DNA of 64,000 nt from SAR202 cluster bacterium (lineage in GTDB: Bacteria; Chloroflexota; Dehalococcoidia; Lucifugimonadales; VXLM01): positions 14,195-78,194 of the forward strand of contig JAKUTR010000006.1 of assembly GCA_022448725.1 (NCBI GenBank), written 5' to 3'. The translations under genes and the position numbers were made by a program. The notes under the pieces were generated by a model. It saw only the letters and a program-made list of their open reading frames with translations, ran no database searches and was not told the DNA's origin. Below, piece after piece: positions 37,201-46,441 of the stretch; the first letter of the stretch is position 1, and each line of letters opens with the position of its first letter.

Positions 37201-37770
37201 GATGTTGAAGTGCCGTTTACAAACTGGCATATTCGGAGGAGTGGCAAGCAAGAATTAGGGGTTACCGACGAAGATGTGGCGGCTCGGATGGAGACGGCTT
37301 TCATGGACCGGAGCATGGTTGCAGTGTCTACTGCTCTAGAATTTGCTTTGACTCTCTCTGAAGACGATGCCTTTAACCGGCTATTTCAAGGTTTCATGGG
37401 TATTGGACTAATTGTTGGTGTTGCTTCAATCGGCGTTCTTTCTTTCCGTGCTGTAGAGCAACGCCGTCAGTCAATTGGCATGCTGCGTGCCATAGGGTTT
37501 CGATCACGGCATGTTGTTATTCAGTTTCTTTTGGAAGCCTCGATTATTACCTTAATTGGAACCATTCTTGGTCTAACCTTGGGAGCGATCACTTCATGGA
37601 ATATTTTTAACGAACTTGCTAAAGAGACCGACGGTCTCCGCTATGATATTCCATGGCTGAACGTTATTGTTATAGTTGGTATCGCGTGGTTCTTCTCTGT
37701 ATTAATGACCGTGCTACCTGCACGTCAGGCCGGTACTATCTATCCTGCTGAGGCTCTTCGATACGAATAG
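34300..37770 (+). CDS. Very large ABC-type permease with two FtsX/MacB-like modules
   Basis: 1156 aa. N-terminal R-rich segment plus TM, large extracytoplasmic region, 4-TM FtsX-like block (IGIGRAIGLRQSHV), extra TMs, a second large loop and a second FtsX block (IGMLRAIGFRSRHV). No ABC ATPase gene adjacent. Confidence 0.85.
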   Translation: MEQLFGIPTLWLALGLALVLLVLLGVVAYFANRHRFLFKLGVRNVPRRKAQSVLIVMGLMLSTTIIASSLGIGDTVTHSIRVDAFTALGHTDEIISSPEAVLFGGAFLPEGALDQIQSVVSANDQIDGIMPQTDSQFIAILPRTARAEAEMRVIGFDPNLQKPFGELITAQPEWDGLSKPGNVVEIDDLSRVLTTERARNEMFLNQDAARELKAKKGDRIILVTPTDSWQMRVHSIVKNGGLAGGGGNSPVAIVRLDLAQAMLGVEGKFTKVLVSNRGGVEGGIRESADVTRDLRLAFSNRDVAQQIFEILGGARSLALLDFSKESSVSPGLRDDISLLKLELGRDAMSDDFISIVADQQFVATLVTVLNRGGLEENSERLNTLSSQLFNLTVDDIKADRLELAEQTGSQFVSLFTIFGSVSIIVGLLLIFLVFVLLAAARSSEIGIGRAIGLRQSHVVQAFLYEGLAYALAAAVLGTILGVIASIALSAILQSVVSAEQFTIHSKFTTNSAIIAFSAGMVLTIVTVFLSSLWVSRLNIIVAIRGLRVDPNRDVSTPVRILRQGWPVVVVGVALAVGNLVLNSAVDLGVALSMFYISISVIVIGVGMCIRWVLGTTGMEYSRTSRIGGSFQGLVLLLLWSLPLDTFESITGELSTGAEIFVLSGTAMVGSAVWLIMNNTGVIVWILYAVPGRIHRLKAVMKTAIAYPMAARFLTGLTVVMFAIIIFNLTIFAIINNLGNLAREDPSRVTGGYDISAIVRPEIPIYDFKRTLNDEAEGFQNDIQVNSADWVRRRVHDASASVTIPVEARQVAGLDIEFKALDLTAVDDTFMKTSAWRVSHFDPTYETGSGNIDRDMWLALQRDPSLAIINNTALERDDSFAPNDPFNPNFGGFTAEGLKASSPREIAPFEIEMRPVGGDERIVRRRVIAVLESLADQLSTERRTRAEALTQARPATLFTSATVLMEISDVEVPFTNWHIRRSGKQELGVTDEDVAARMETAFMDRSMVAVSTALEFALTLSEDDAFNRLFQGFMGIGLIVGVASIGVLSFRAVEQRRQSIGMLRAIGFRSRHVVIQFLLEASIITLIGTILGLTLGAITSWNIFNELAKETDGLRYDIPWLNVIVIVGIAWFFSVLMTVLPARQAGTIYPAEALRYE

Positions 37771-37771
37771 G

Positions 37772-37966
37772 ATGTCTTTAGACGATCAGATCCAGGCAGT
37801 TCTAGGTGTTTACTATCAGGGTCTCGCCTGTAAGGAATGTGGTGCGTCTGTACGCATAGGCGAGTATGAGTGTGCACATTGCGGAACGGATTTCGAAGAG
37901 CTTCTACGAGAATGGTCTGGGGTGATAGTCAACGAACTTGAGGCCCAATGCGGCCTCGATACCTGA
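37772..37966 (+). CDS. Small zinc-ribbon protein
   Basis: 64 aa. CKECG...(10)...CAHCG gives two CxxC pairs. The ATG begins 2 nt after the permease stop codon (TAG-g-ATG). Confidence 0.5.
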   Translation: MSLDDQIQAVLGVYYQGLACKECGASVRIGEYECAHCGTDFEELLREWSGVIVNELEAQCGLDT

Positions 37967-39954
37967 GCGATCCAGTGGATTGTCAGTTTGGACACAATAG
38001 GGAAATTCCCGAGATACTTTGGTCCCCTTCTGAAGAGGTCATAGCGAACGCAAACGTAACTAAATTTATGCGTTGGTTATCAGAATTCAAAGATCTGAAT
38101 TTCCCAAAATACGAGGATCTCTGGGAGTGGTCAGTAACTGACCTTGAGGGTTTTTGGAGTTGTGTTTGGGACTACTTTGAAATCATAGAACGCCAACCTT
38201 ACACGCAAGTGTTAGGACCTCGTTCAATGCCTGATGTGGAATGGTTTGCTGGTGCTCAACTCAACTATGCTGAGCATGCGCTTCGTCGCATGGATGATCA
38301 CGTTGCCATTGTGTCACAATCCGAGGTGCGCCCCCGCTCTGAGATGACTTATCGGGAACTACATCAACATGTCGCTCAATTTGCGGAGGGTTTAAGAAAG
38401 CTAGGAGTAGGGAAAGGAGACCGGGTCGCAGCTATATTACCCAACGTTTGGGAGGCAGTTGTGGCTTTCTTGGCGACGGCAAGTGTTGGTGCGATTTGGT
38501 CAGCGTGTTCGCCTGAATTTGGTACCCGGAGTGTGATAGATAGGCTTGTCCAGATTGAACCGAAACTCCTTCTTGCCGTAGATGGTTATCGGTATGGCGG
38601 CAAAGACTTCAACAAACTTGGTGATGTGAGGCAGATTCAGAAAAGTCTCCCCACTCTTCGACAGACCGTTGTACTTAGTTACTTACGAGACGACGTTACT
38701 CTTGATGGACTTACCAATGCGATGCATTGGTCGGATGTTCCTGTCGATGGCAGTACCATTACCTTTGAGCCTGTGTCGTTTGACCACCCATTGTGGATTT
38801 TGTATTCCTCGGGTACGACGGGTCTTCCTAAACCAATAGTGCATGGCCACGGCGGTATAGTGATTGAGCATCTTAAAACCATAACGTTCCACATGGATCT
38901 AACGGAGCAAGATCGGTTCTTTTGGTTTACAACAACTGGCTGGATGATGTGGAATTTTCTTGTAGGAGGCCTTTTAGTTGGCTGCACTATCAATCTCTAC
39001 GATGGCAGCCCGGGTGAACCGAACATGAACGTCCTTTGGGAGATAGCCGCTAATGATGGGGTCACCTACTTTGGAACGAGCGCACCTTACATACAGGGAT
39101 GTATGAAACAAGATGTACATCCTAGCCAGGAATATGACCTTTCTAGGATTAGAGGAGTCGGGTCTACAGGGGCGCCTCTCACTTCGGAGGGATTTGATTG
39201 GGTGTATGAGAATATAAACTCTAACCTCCTCCTTGGATCTTTCAGTGGAGGGACGGACGTTTGCACTGGTTTTGTTGGTCCGATCCCCTTACTACCTGTA
39301 AGATCCGGTGAAATTCAGGCTTCATGCCTCGGGGCCAAAGTTGAAGCTTTTGATCCGAGGGGGCTCTCATTGGTTGGGGAAGTGGGGGAATTAGTATTAA
39401 CTCAACCTCTTCCTTCGATGCCGTTGTATTTTTGGAATGATCCTGATCATAGACGGCTCCACGAAAGCTATTTTGATATGTTCCCGGGTATTTGGAGGCA
39501 CGGCGACTGGGTCGAGTTCACAGACCGAGGTTCATGCGTTATATCTGGTAGGTCCGATTCGACTTTGAACCGAGGGGGCGTCCGTATCGGGACTAGTGAT
39601 TTTTACCGCGTGGTCGAAGAATGTGACTATGTTGTCGATAGTCTTGTGGTCGATACGGGATCTATCGATAACGAAGGCAGTATCCTCTTATTTGTAGTGT
39701 TGAAAGCGGGGCTCAATCTGAGTTCTGAGTTAGTTAGTGAACTGCGATTGAAACTACGGACTGATCTTTCCCCAAGGCATGTGCCCGATGAAGTTCATCA
39801 GGTGCTTTCAGTACCCCGAACACTGAACGGTAAGAAGCTAGAGGTACCTATCAAGCGTATTCTATCTGGTACACCTGTGGAACAGGCGATCAGTAAGGAT
39901 GCTATGGCCGATCCTAGAGTTCTTGATCCATTTGTGGAAAGGGCGGCATCATAG
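37948..39954 (+). CDS. Acetoacetyl-CoA synthetase (acetoacetate-CoA ligase)
   Basis: N-terminal ILWSPSEE...F..W pattern typical of AACS. AMP-binding motif ILYSSGTTGLPKPIVH. Also GSTGAPL and SGRSDSTLNRGGVRIG. The true start is likely the GTG at 37975, after the zinc-ribbon stop. Confidence 0.88.
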   Translation: MRPRYLSDPVDCQFGHNREIPEILWSPSEEVIANANVTKFMRWLSEFKDLNFPKYEDLWEWSVTDLEGFWSCVWDYFEIIERQPYTQVLGPRSMPDVEWFAGAQLNYAEHALRRMDDHVAIVSQSEVRPRSEMTYRELHQHVAQFAEGLRKLGVGKGDRVAAILPNVWEAVVAFLATASVGAIWSACSPEFGTRSVIDRLVQIEPKLLLAVDGYRYGGKDFNKLGDVRQIQKSLPTLRQTVVLSYLRDDVTLDGLTNAMHWSDVPVDGSTITFEPVSFDHPLWILYSSGTTGLPKPIVHGHGGIVIEHLKTITFHMDLTEQDRFFWFTTTGWMMWNFLVGGLLVGCTINLYDGSPGEPNMNVLWEIAANDGVTYFGTSAPYIQGCMKQDVHPSQEYDLSRIRGVGSTGAPLTSEGFDWVYENINSNLLLGSFSGGTDVCTGFVGPIPLLPVRSGEIQASCLGAKVEAFDPRGLSLVGEVGELVLTQPLPSMPLYFWNDPDHRRLHESYFDMFPGIWRHGDWVEFTDRGSCVISGRSDSTLNRGGVRIGTSDFYRVVEECDYVVDSLVVDTGSIDNEGSILLFVVLKAGLNLSSELVSELRLKLRTDLSPRHVPDEVHQVLSVPRTLNGKKLEVPIKRILSGTPVEQAISKDAMADPRVLDPFVERAAS

Positions 39955-41343
39955 TTCTTTAACGCCTGTGATCAAGTTTGCTAGAGACTCACTAGCATCT
40001 CCGAAAAGCATCATGGTGTTATCTTTGTAAAAGAGTTCGTTGTCGAGACCTGCAAAGCCAGGGCTCAGACTACGTTTTAAAACGAGGACTTGTCTGGATT
40101 TGTCCACTTCCAGAATGGGCATACCATAGATTGGGCTGCCTGCCTCGTCGCGTGCCGCTGGGTTCACAACGTCGTTTGCTCCAATAACAACAACGATGTC
40201 TGTCTCAGAGAATCGACTGTTGATTTCATCGAGGTCGTACAGTTGATCGTAAGGGACATCAGCCTCGGCGAGAAGGACGTTCATGTGCCCTGGCATCCTG
40301 CCCGCTACGGGGTGGATTGCGTATCTCACATCAACGCCGCGTGCTCCAAGAAGTTCCGCTAGGTCTTTGAGTTGGTGTTGAGCTCTGGCGACTGCTAGGC
40401 CATACCCTGGAACGAAAATCGCGGTTTGGGCATACCCTAAGGAAATAGCAGCGTCTTCAACGCTGGCTTCGCGTACCGCCTTGTCGGCTGATTCTCCAGT
40501 AGCAGTAGCAGCGCTTGCTCCAAATGCACCAAAGAGTACGTTGAAAATTGAACGGTTCATCGCCTTAATCATAATTTGAGTCAGGATAAGTCCTGCAGCG
40601 CCGACTAGTGAGCCGGCGATAATGAGCATGACATTACCTAGTGCAAACCCTGCCATTGCTGCTGCAACCCCTGAATATGAGTTTAGTAGAGAGATGACAA
40701 CAGGCATATCTGCGCCCCCAATAGGGATCACAAGCAACACGCCCAAAAGCAGACAAATTACTACCAAAATGTAGAAGAGCTGCAGATTTGGTTCGATCAC
40801 CAACAGCGCAATGAGGGCCGCTATTACAAGGAAGGCTAGGGCAGTCACTATTTTCTGTAGTGGGAATATGAAGGGGCTTCCACCGATGATTTCCTGAAGT
40901 TTGGTAAACGCAATCATGCTGCCTGAGAAAGTAACGGCCCCGATTAGAGTTCCCAGCATTATTGTGATAGAGATTTCGATAGGTATGTTAGTTTCGAGGC
41001 CCTCTAATCTGAAATATTCAGCTGATGCGACGACAGCTGATCCCGCTCCACCGAGCCCGTTAAATACTGCGACTAGCTGAGGCATAGCGGTCATTTTGAT
41101 CTTCCGGGACATGACTACCCCAATTAAGGAGCCAACGACCACCCCGGCGATGATCACTTCGAAGCGAACAATTTCTCGATCAAAAAGAGTCACTACTACT
41201 GCGATCAGCATTCCTAGTGCAGCTAGTCTGTTACCAGATTTGGCAGTTGCCGGGGAGCCCAGTTGCTTTAACCCATAGAAGAAGAGAATTGCGGATACTA
41301 GATAGAATGCCGCGATTATAAGATCGAAGTTGATTTCTGCCAT
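39949..41343 (-). CDS. pntB: NAD(P) transhydrogenase subunit beta
   Basis: 464 aa. Multi-TM N-terminal half plus dIII domain with VPGYGLAVARAQH, AIHPVAGRMPGHMNVLLAEA, VIGANDVVNPAA. Confidence 0.95.
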   Translation of the reverse strand: MAEINFDLIIAAFYLVSAILFFYGLKQLGSPATAKSGNRLAALGMLIAVVVTLFDREIVRFEVIIAGVVVGSLIGVVMSRKIKMTAMPQLVAVFNGLGGAGSAVVASAEYFRLEGLETNIPIEISITIMLGTLIGAVTFSGSMIAFTKLQEIIGGSPFIFPLQKIVTALAFLVIAALIALLVIEPNLQLFYILVVICLLLGVLLVIPIGGADMPVVISLLNSYSGVAAAMAGFALGNVMLIIAGSLVGAAGLILTQIMIKAMNRSIFNVLFGAFGASAATATGESADKAVREASVEDAAISLGYAQTAIFVPGYGLAVARAQHQLKDLAELLGARGVDVRYAIHPVAGRMPGHMNVLLAEADVPYDQLYDLDEINSRFSETDIVVVIGANDVVNPAARDEAGSPIYGMPILEVDKSRQVLVLKRSLSPGFAGLDNELFYKDNTMMLFGDASESLANLITGVKEL

Positions 41344-41345
41344 GG

Positions 41346-41642
41346 TTAGTTCGATTTCGGATCTTTCCTAAACATTTGAAGCATACGGTCCGTGACCATA
41401 AAGCCCCCTACTACGTTAATCGTAGCTAATACAACTGCCAGAAAGCCCAGAATCACTCCCAAGAGTCCGTCATCTCTTCCTGCTACAAGTACAGCACCTA
41501 GAATGGTTATACCCGAGATAGCGTTCGATCCTGACATTAGTGGAGTGTGTAGTGTAGGAGGTACTTTGGTAATCAGGTCGAACCCAATAAATACCGCTAG
41601 TACGAAGATGTAGAGTTGGATTAACGTAGGACTATCGAACAT
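41346..41642 (-). CDS. pntAB: NAD(P) transhydrogenase alpha subunit part 2 (membrane part)
   Basis: Start trimmed to the ATG at 41642 (MFDSPTLIQLYIFVLAVFIGF...). Three TM segments with PLMSGSNAISGI. Sits between pntAA and pntB, 2 nt before pntB. Confidence 0.88.
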   Translation of the reverse strand: MFDSPTLIQLYIFVLAVFIGFDLITKVPPTLHTPLMSGSNAISGITILGAVLVAGRDDGLLGVILGFLAVVLATINVVGGFMVTDRMLQMFRKDPKSN

Positions 41643-42771
41643 TTTGGTCTCCCATAGCGAGAACGGTGGCCTCGTGGACAATCTCTCTATTATGTGTGAT
41701 CAGACAGCCCGATGTAATGTCGTCGTTTAGGTCGACCACAATGGATGATTCTGTAACCAGATGGTTTAGGAAGTTAATCATGTTGCGTGAGTACATTTGG
41801 CTGGCATGAGTTGGTAAAGAACTCGGTAAGTTCAGAGGGCCATGTATGGATATTTTGTCCTTCACGACTATCTCGCCAGGTTGTGTTAACTCACAGTTAC
41901 CACCACCTTCGGCTGCAATATCGACAATGACCGAGCCGGATTTCATATCGGCAATCATATCCGCTTCAATTAACACCGGGGCTGGGCGACCGGGAATGGC
42001 TGCTGTTGTGATAACGAAATCCGCTTCCTTGACTGCATTGTGTATTGTGTGTCGAGCTTTGTCCTGTGATGTAGCTGACAGTTCCCGAGCATAGCCGCCA
42101 GAATCCTCGGATTCTTCGTCAAGTTCAACCTGCAGGAAGGTTGCTCCCAAACTTTCAACCTGCTCTTTTACGGCTGTGCGAACGTCATAAGCTGATACAA
42201 CAGCACCGAGTCTCCTCGCAGTTGCAATAGCCTGCAGGCCCGCGACACCAGCTCCAAGAACTAGTCCCTTTGCCGGTGGAATTGTTCCAGCTGCAGTCAT
42301 CATCATTGGGAAGAATTTCGGCAGAGCATCTGCGGCGATTAGCACAGATCTGTAACCCGCAATGGATGCCATTGATGAGAGAACATCCATACTCTGGGCC
42401 CTAGCGATCCGAGGTACGCTGTCCATACTGAAACTGGTGATGTTCTTCTCTGCTAACGCTTTCACCAACTGATGGTCAGTAAGAGGCTGTAAGACCCCGA
42501 TTAAGGTTGTCCCTTCTCTCAGTATGTTAACTTCCTCAACTGATGGTGCCTGGACTTTCAGGATTGTGTCAGAAGCATACACATCAGTAGTGGATTTGGA
42601 GATTAAAGCGCCGGAAGCTTCGTATGCGTCATCACTGTAAGACGATGACAGGCCAGCTTGTGATTCGATGAGCACATTATGGCCAGACCGTACCAAAAGT
42701 GGTACTACACTTGGCACCAAGGCAACACGCCGTTCGTTCTCTACTGTTTCTTTCGGCACACCGATCTGCAT
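41632..42771 (-). CDS. pntAA: NAD(P) transhydrogenase alpha subunit part 1 (dI, alanine-dehydrogenase-like)
   Basis: MQIGVPKETVENERRVALVP N-terminus (ATG at 42771 after GAGGAA), Rossmann VLGAGVAGLQAIATARRLGA, then ITTAAIPGRPAP. Confidence 0.92.
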   Translation of the reverse strand: MQIGVPKETVENERRVALVPSVVPLLVRSGHNVLIESQAGLSSSYSDDAYEASGALISKSTTDVYASDTILKVQAPSVEEVNILREGTTLIGVLQPLTDHQLVKALAEKNITSFSMDSVPRIARAQSMDVLSSMASIAGYRSVLIAADALPKFFPMMMTAAGTIPPAKGLVLGAGVAGLQAIATARRLGAVVSAYDVRTAVKEQVESLGATFLQVELDEESEDSGGYARELSATSQDKARHTIHNAVKEADFVITTAAIPGRPAPVLIEADMIADMKSGSVIVDIAAEGGGNCELTQPGEIVVKDKISIHGPLNLPSSLPTHASQMYSRNMINFLNHLVTESSIVVDLNDDITSGCLITHNREIVHEATVLAMGDQNVR

Positions 42772-42909
42772 TGTTCCTCGCACAAAAACGGACGGGTGTC
42801 TGACCCGCCCTGGTATTTATCATACAGGATGCTTGATAAACCTATAAGAAATGTGATCATAGCTGGTGCTGTACTACAGGTAACACCTATAATCATGGTG
42901 AACCAACTT

Positions 42910-43416
42910 ATGACAACCAACTACTCTAAATTCAGAGTCGCCATTTTGACAAGTAGTGATGCTGGCTCTAAGGGCGAACGTGATGACACGAGCGGGGATG
43001 CTATTAGTGAATTCATAGCTCGCCATCTCTTTGAAGAAGTTGCAAGAGATCTTCTACCGGATGAACAGAATTTGATTGAGAACAAACTTGCGGAGTGGTG
43101 TGATAGTGGCAAAGTTGATCTGGTTCTCACTACCGGAGGTACTGGCCTAGGACCTCGAGACGTGACACCTGAGGCAACACGTAAAGTTATAGATTTTGAG
43201 GTCCCAGGTCTCACAGAGGCTATTCGAATAAAGACGATGAGCCTCACTCCTATGGCAATGCTGAGCCGAGCTGTTGCCGGAGTTCGTATGGGCACACTCA
43301 TCCTTAATTTGCCAGGTAGTCCCAAAGGAGTAGTAGAGTGTTTGGAGGTTGCGATTGAAGTGCTGCCGCATGGGCTAGAGGTGTTAAAAGGAAGGCGTGG
43401 TCACCCATCACATTAA
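42910..43416 (+). CDS. mogA: Molybdenum cofactor biosynthesis protein MogA/MoaB family
   Basis: Start trimmed to the ATG at 42910 (the track ORF extends over the pnt promoter region). FRVAILTSSDAGS...DDTSGDAI and LVLTTGGTGLGPRDVTPEAT. Confidence 0.82.
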   Translation: MTTNYSKFRVAILTSSDAGSKGERDDTSGDAISEFIARHLFEEVARDLLPDEQNLIENKLAEWCDSGKVDLVLTTGGTGLGPRDVTPEATRKVIDFEVPGLTEAIRIKTMSLTPMAMLSRAVAGVRMGTLILNLPGSPKGVVECLEVAIEVLPHGLEVLKGRRGHPSH

Positions 43417-43444
43417 ACGCAGCATGGGACTAGGAATATAGCCA

Positions 43445-44191
43445 TTGAATTTTCATGTGTTAACGATCTTTCCAAGTATGTTTGATGAAGCTTTCCAAGA
43501 AGGGGTTGTTGGGAAGGCGCTTGGTAGAGGGTTAATTACGCTGAATGCACACGATCTACGTAGTTTCGCTCAAGACCACCATCGCTCAGTCGACGACTAC
43601 ACTTTCGGAGGCGGTCCAGGCATGTTGATGAGTCCTGGCCCTCTTTTTGCTGGTGTTGAACACATTAAAGAAAGTTATGAGATACAGGATAGTCCTGTCG
43701 TACTGTTAACACCCCAGGGAAAGACATTGAACCAAGTGGATATTGAACAGTTTTCCACTAAGTCTGATCTGATATTGATATGCGGTAGATATGAAGGGGT
43801 CGACGATCGTGTACGTCAAGAGCTCGTGACCCATGAGGTAAGCATTGGGGATTACGTCTTGAGTGGCGGTGAGCTCGCATCTATGGTCCTCATTGATGCA
43901 GTTTCTCGCTTAGTGCATGGAGTAGTCGGGTCAATCGAATCTACACAGGATGATTCTTTCACCACAGGTCTTTTACAGTTTCCACAGTACACTCGGCCCG
44001 CTGAATTCCGAGGTCATAAAGTTCCAGACATACTAGTTTCTGGGCACCATTCTGAGATTGCCAAATGGCGACGGCGTGAAGCACTTCGTCGGACACTCAT
44101 ACGCCGCCCAGACCTACTGGATTACGCTGACCTAACAACGGAAGATCGTGAATTTATCGATTCTATCTCTGATGAGACGTTGTCTATTTAG
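43445..44191 (+). CDS. trmD: tRNA (guanine37-N1)-methyltransferase
   Basis: [48 protein letters not shown], and C-terminal [11 protein letters not shown]. Confidence 0.93.
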   Translation: MNFHVLTIFPSMFDEAFQEGVVGKALGRGLITLNAHDLRSFAQDHHRSVDDYTFGGGPGMLMSPGPLFAGVEHIKESYEIQDSPVVLLTPQGKTLNQVDIEQFSTKSDLILICGRYEGVDDRVRQELVTHEVSIGDYVLSGGELASMVLIDAVSRLVHGVVGSIESTQDDSFTTGLLQFPQYTRPAEFRGHKVPDILVSGHHSEIAKWRRREALRRTLIRRPDLLDYADLTTEDREFIDSISDETLSI

Positions 44192-44211
44192 ACCCGTTAT
44201 CTTTGTCTCAA

Positions 44212-44240
44212 TTGACCACTGCTGGCCCGCAAAATATAAT
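44212..44240 (+). promoter_or_regulatory. Near-consensus sigma70-type promoter upstream of the 202-aa hypothetical gene
   Basis: TTGACC (44212-44217), 17-nt spacer, TATAAT (44235-44240). A short hairpin GATGCC...GGCATC lies in the leader. Confidence 0.45.
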
Positions 44241-44282
44241 CTGTTGGATGCCTGACCCTCCACGGCATCATAGAGAGGTCTT

Positions 44283-44891
44283 TTGGGACTAGAAAGAGTA
44301 ATCGAAGATAGAGCTTTGGTATGGTCCGGCGAGCACTGGATTGCTTACCTACGTGAACAAGATGACGCTCCTGACAACGGGCGCGTTAGTCTTTACCACA
44401 TCCGTTTCAGTGGAGCTGGGGAAGGGAAAGTAGCATTTGTAGATATTCCCCGTGAGACTGGCGGCCTAATTGGAATCTATACGGATAATCAGGATGTTGC
44501 ACAGTTTGTGATAGAACATGTAGTTAGAGGGAATAGTAATAATCCATATTATGATCACGAGCTTCCAATCGTGGACGCCAGCATAAATCAGGTTGGCGAT
44601 ATCAGGACGGACCCTTCTTGGGAGATTGAAGCCGGCGATGACAAAGTTGTTGTTACCTGGACTAGTATCCACCCGGCTCTTATCCTGGAAGGTCCAGGTC
44701 CCTTCATAAAAGGTGCTTCTGTCACGCATTCAATTCTTTTTTTCACCAACGAGGCTACCATAACGCTGAACGGCGCCTTGACGGGAGGGGTCCCTTACGT
44801 CCGTTCAGAATGGATGCCTGCTATCGGCCGTCAGGGTATGTCGACAGTGTTTGCTATATCCGAAACAACGACTTCAGTATCAAGTTCCTAG
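44283..44891 (+). CDS. Hypothetical protein
   Basis: 202-aa ORF, TTG start after AGAGAGG. No motif recognised. Its 3' end overlaps the convergent DUF3500-like gene by 4 nt. Confidence 0.55.
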   Translation: MGLERVIEDRALVWSGEHWIAYLREQDDAPDNGRVSLYHIRFSGAGEGKVAFVDIPRETGGLIGIYTDNQDVAQFVIEHVVRGNSNNPYYDHELPIVDASINQVGDIRTDPSWEIEAGDDKVVVTWTSIHPALILEGPGPFIKGASVTHSILFFTNEATITLNGALTGGVPYVRSEWMPAIGRQGMSTVFAISETTTSVSSS

Positions 44892-45865
44892 TGAGCTTCC
44901 TCATAGTGAGATTTTAACGGGTCTAATCCGAAGTCGTTCTCCAGGTCTCTCCACACTGTGTGGATATGATTTGCTTCATTTTGGGTGTTGTCGTACTCAA
45001 TTAGGAAACTTCTGCTGTGGATTCTGTAGTAGTGTGGTTGCCCGTGACGTATGCTTCCAGCCCAACCGAAGGTGATACTTTTTGCCTCGTTATTTAAGCG
45101 TTGTTTACATTTCTTCGCGATATCCTTGGGCATTCGTCCAACATACGTACTTATAAGCCGATTCAATAAATCGCCTTGTGTCTTGGTCATCTCGGTAGCT
45201 GGCATTCCTTTTATGTAGTCGATTTCAGCACGAACACTAGCCCGAGACAGGATGTCTGATGGCGCCATAGGATAGATCAGGGCGCGTTGTTGGGACGTTC
45301 CGTCGAGTGCAGCAAACAAATCGCGTCCATACTCCTCTTCTTCACGTAGAATTCGTAAACCCCTATGGGGTCCTTGTTTAACTTCTGCTGGATTGGACCC
45401 AAGGAACGAGGGTGTTACAGAAACGATGTTGTCGTCCACCAACGTATAGTTAACCGAAAGATGATGCCCGTCGACTTGCCAACCCCACGGACCATCTCCT
45501 GGTGTCCCGAATATACTGAAGTAATACAGGTTGGGATCACGGACTAGCAGTAGTGTGCCAGCGCTCAATTCTATTTCACGAAGGATGTTTTCGTGCTGCA
45601 TTATCGCCTTTGCCTTGGTGAAACAACTTTCCCCTAGGCTTGCTTTCAGTAGAGTGTATGCAGACCTGGTTTGAGTGTTATCCATCTCACTAAGGGGGAG
45701 GCCTGTTCTAGCTCTTGGGATATAGTGCCAGTTTGTGCGCTCATAATGTTCGAATGGGAAAGTCGCCATTTTGTGTAGCTTGGAATTGTCTAGTGAAGCT
45801 AGAAAATTCTTCGCTTCGAGTGTGACTCGTTTAGCAGTCCGACCACATATGAAGGCTGATTCCAT
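44888..45865 (-). CDS. DUF3500-like protein
   Basis: 325 aa. WHYIPR near the N-terminus, WGWQVDGHHLSVNY, and C-terminal HYYRIHSRSFLIEYDNTQNEANHIHTVWRD match my recollection of the DUF3500 family. Confidence 0.7.
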   Translation of the reverse strand: MESAFICGRTAKRVTLEAKNFLASLDNSKLHKMATFPFEHYERTNWHYIPRARTGLPLSEMDNTQTRSAYTLLKASLGESCFTKAKAIMQHENILREIELSAGTLLLVRDPNLYYFSIFGTPGDGPWGWQVDGHHLSVNYTLVDDNIVSVTPSFLGSNPAEVKQGPHRGLRILREEEEYGRDLFAALDGTSQQRALIYPMAPSDILSRASVRAEIDYIKGMPATEMTKTQGDLLNRLISTYVGRMPKDIAKKCKQRLNNEAKSITFGWAGSIRHGQPHYYRIHSRSFLIEYDNTQNEANHIHTVWRDLENDFGLDPLKSHYEEAH

Positions 45866-45979
45866 TCGTTTCGCCTTGAGACAAATTTAAGGTTGGGAGT
45901 ATACCAGTCACTGTACATCTTGATAGCCTTGGTCTAGCCGTGTACCTTAAATTGATTCTAAACGGAGGGGCCGATAAAC

Positions 45980-46432
45980 ATGGAGGGCAGAGCAGTGCGT
46001 CTTATGGTGAACCCGGGCACTCGCCAACCAATGCGTCATGTTGGGGAGGCTCATTTTGTTGTTGGCCAAGGTATCGAGGGCAACAAGAACTTTGGTTCAG
46101 GTCGTCGCACGCATCGTCAGGTTCTTCTGATTGATGAAGAAACACTAGATGCAGTTGGTATGGACCCCGGAGTCGTTAAAGAAAATATCACAACTTCTGG
46201 TTTGGATTTAAGCTCATTGAGGCCCGGCGATGTTATTGAACTTGGTAATGAGGTGAGGCTTCAAATAACAGAACCGTGCGAACCTTGTAGTCGTCTAGAC
46301 GAGGTTCGTGATGGACTCCAAGCTGAATTAGCAGGTCGACGAGGAATGTTAGCAACGATAATAACAGGCGGAATCGCCTCAACAGATGATCGTATCCAAG
46401 TCAGTGATTCGGAATTATTACCATCAGAATAG
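45980..46432 (+). CDS. MOSC domain protein
   Basis: 150 aa. RQVLLIDEETL, ENITTSGLDL, and the conserved Cys context ITEPCEPCSRL. Confidence 0.8.
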   Translation: MEGRAVRLMVNPGTRQPMRHVGEAHFVVGQGIEGNKNFGSGRRTHRQVLLIDEETLDAVGMDPGVVKENITTSGLDLSSLRPGDVIELGNEVRLQITEPCEPCSRLDEVRDGLQAELAGRRGMLATIITGGIASTDDRIQVSDSELLPSE

Positions 46433-46441
46433 GAGATACAG

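Noticed and set aside
42679-42909. N-terminal extension of the mogA ORF, and similar track extensions at 47391..47498 (RidA-like), 54058..54090, 55649..55681, 41643..41681 and 26927..26974
   Set aside because: The extensions overlap neighbouring genes or promoter regions. Internal ATG codons have good Shine-Dalgarno spacing and give N-termini matching the families, so the trimmed starts are preferred.
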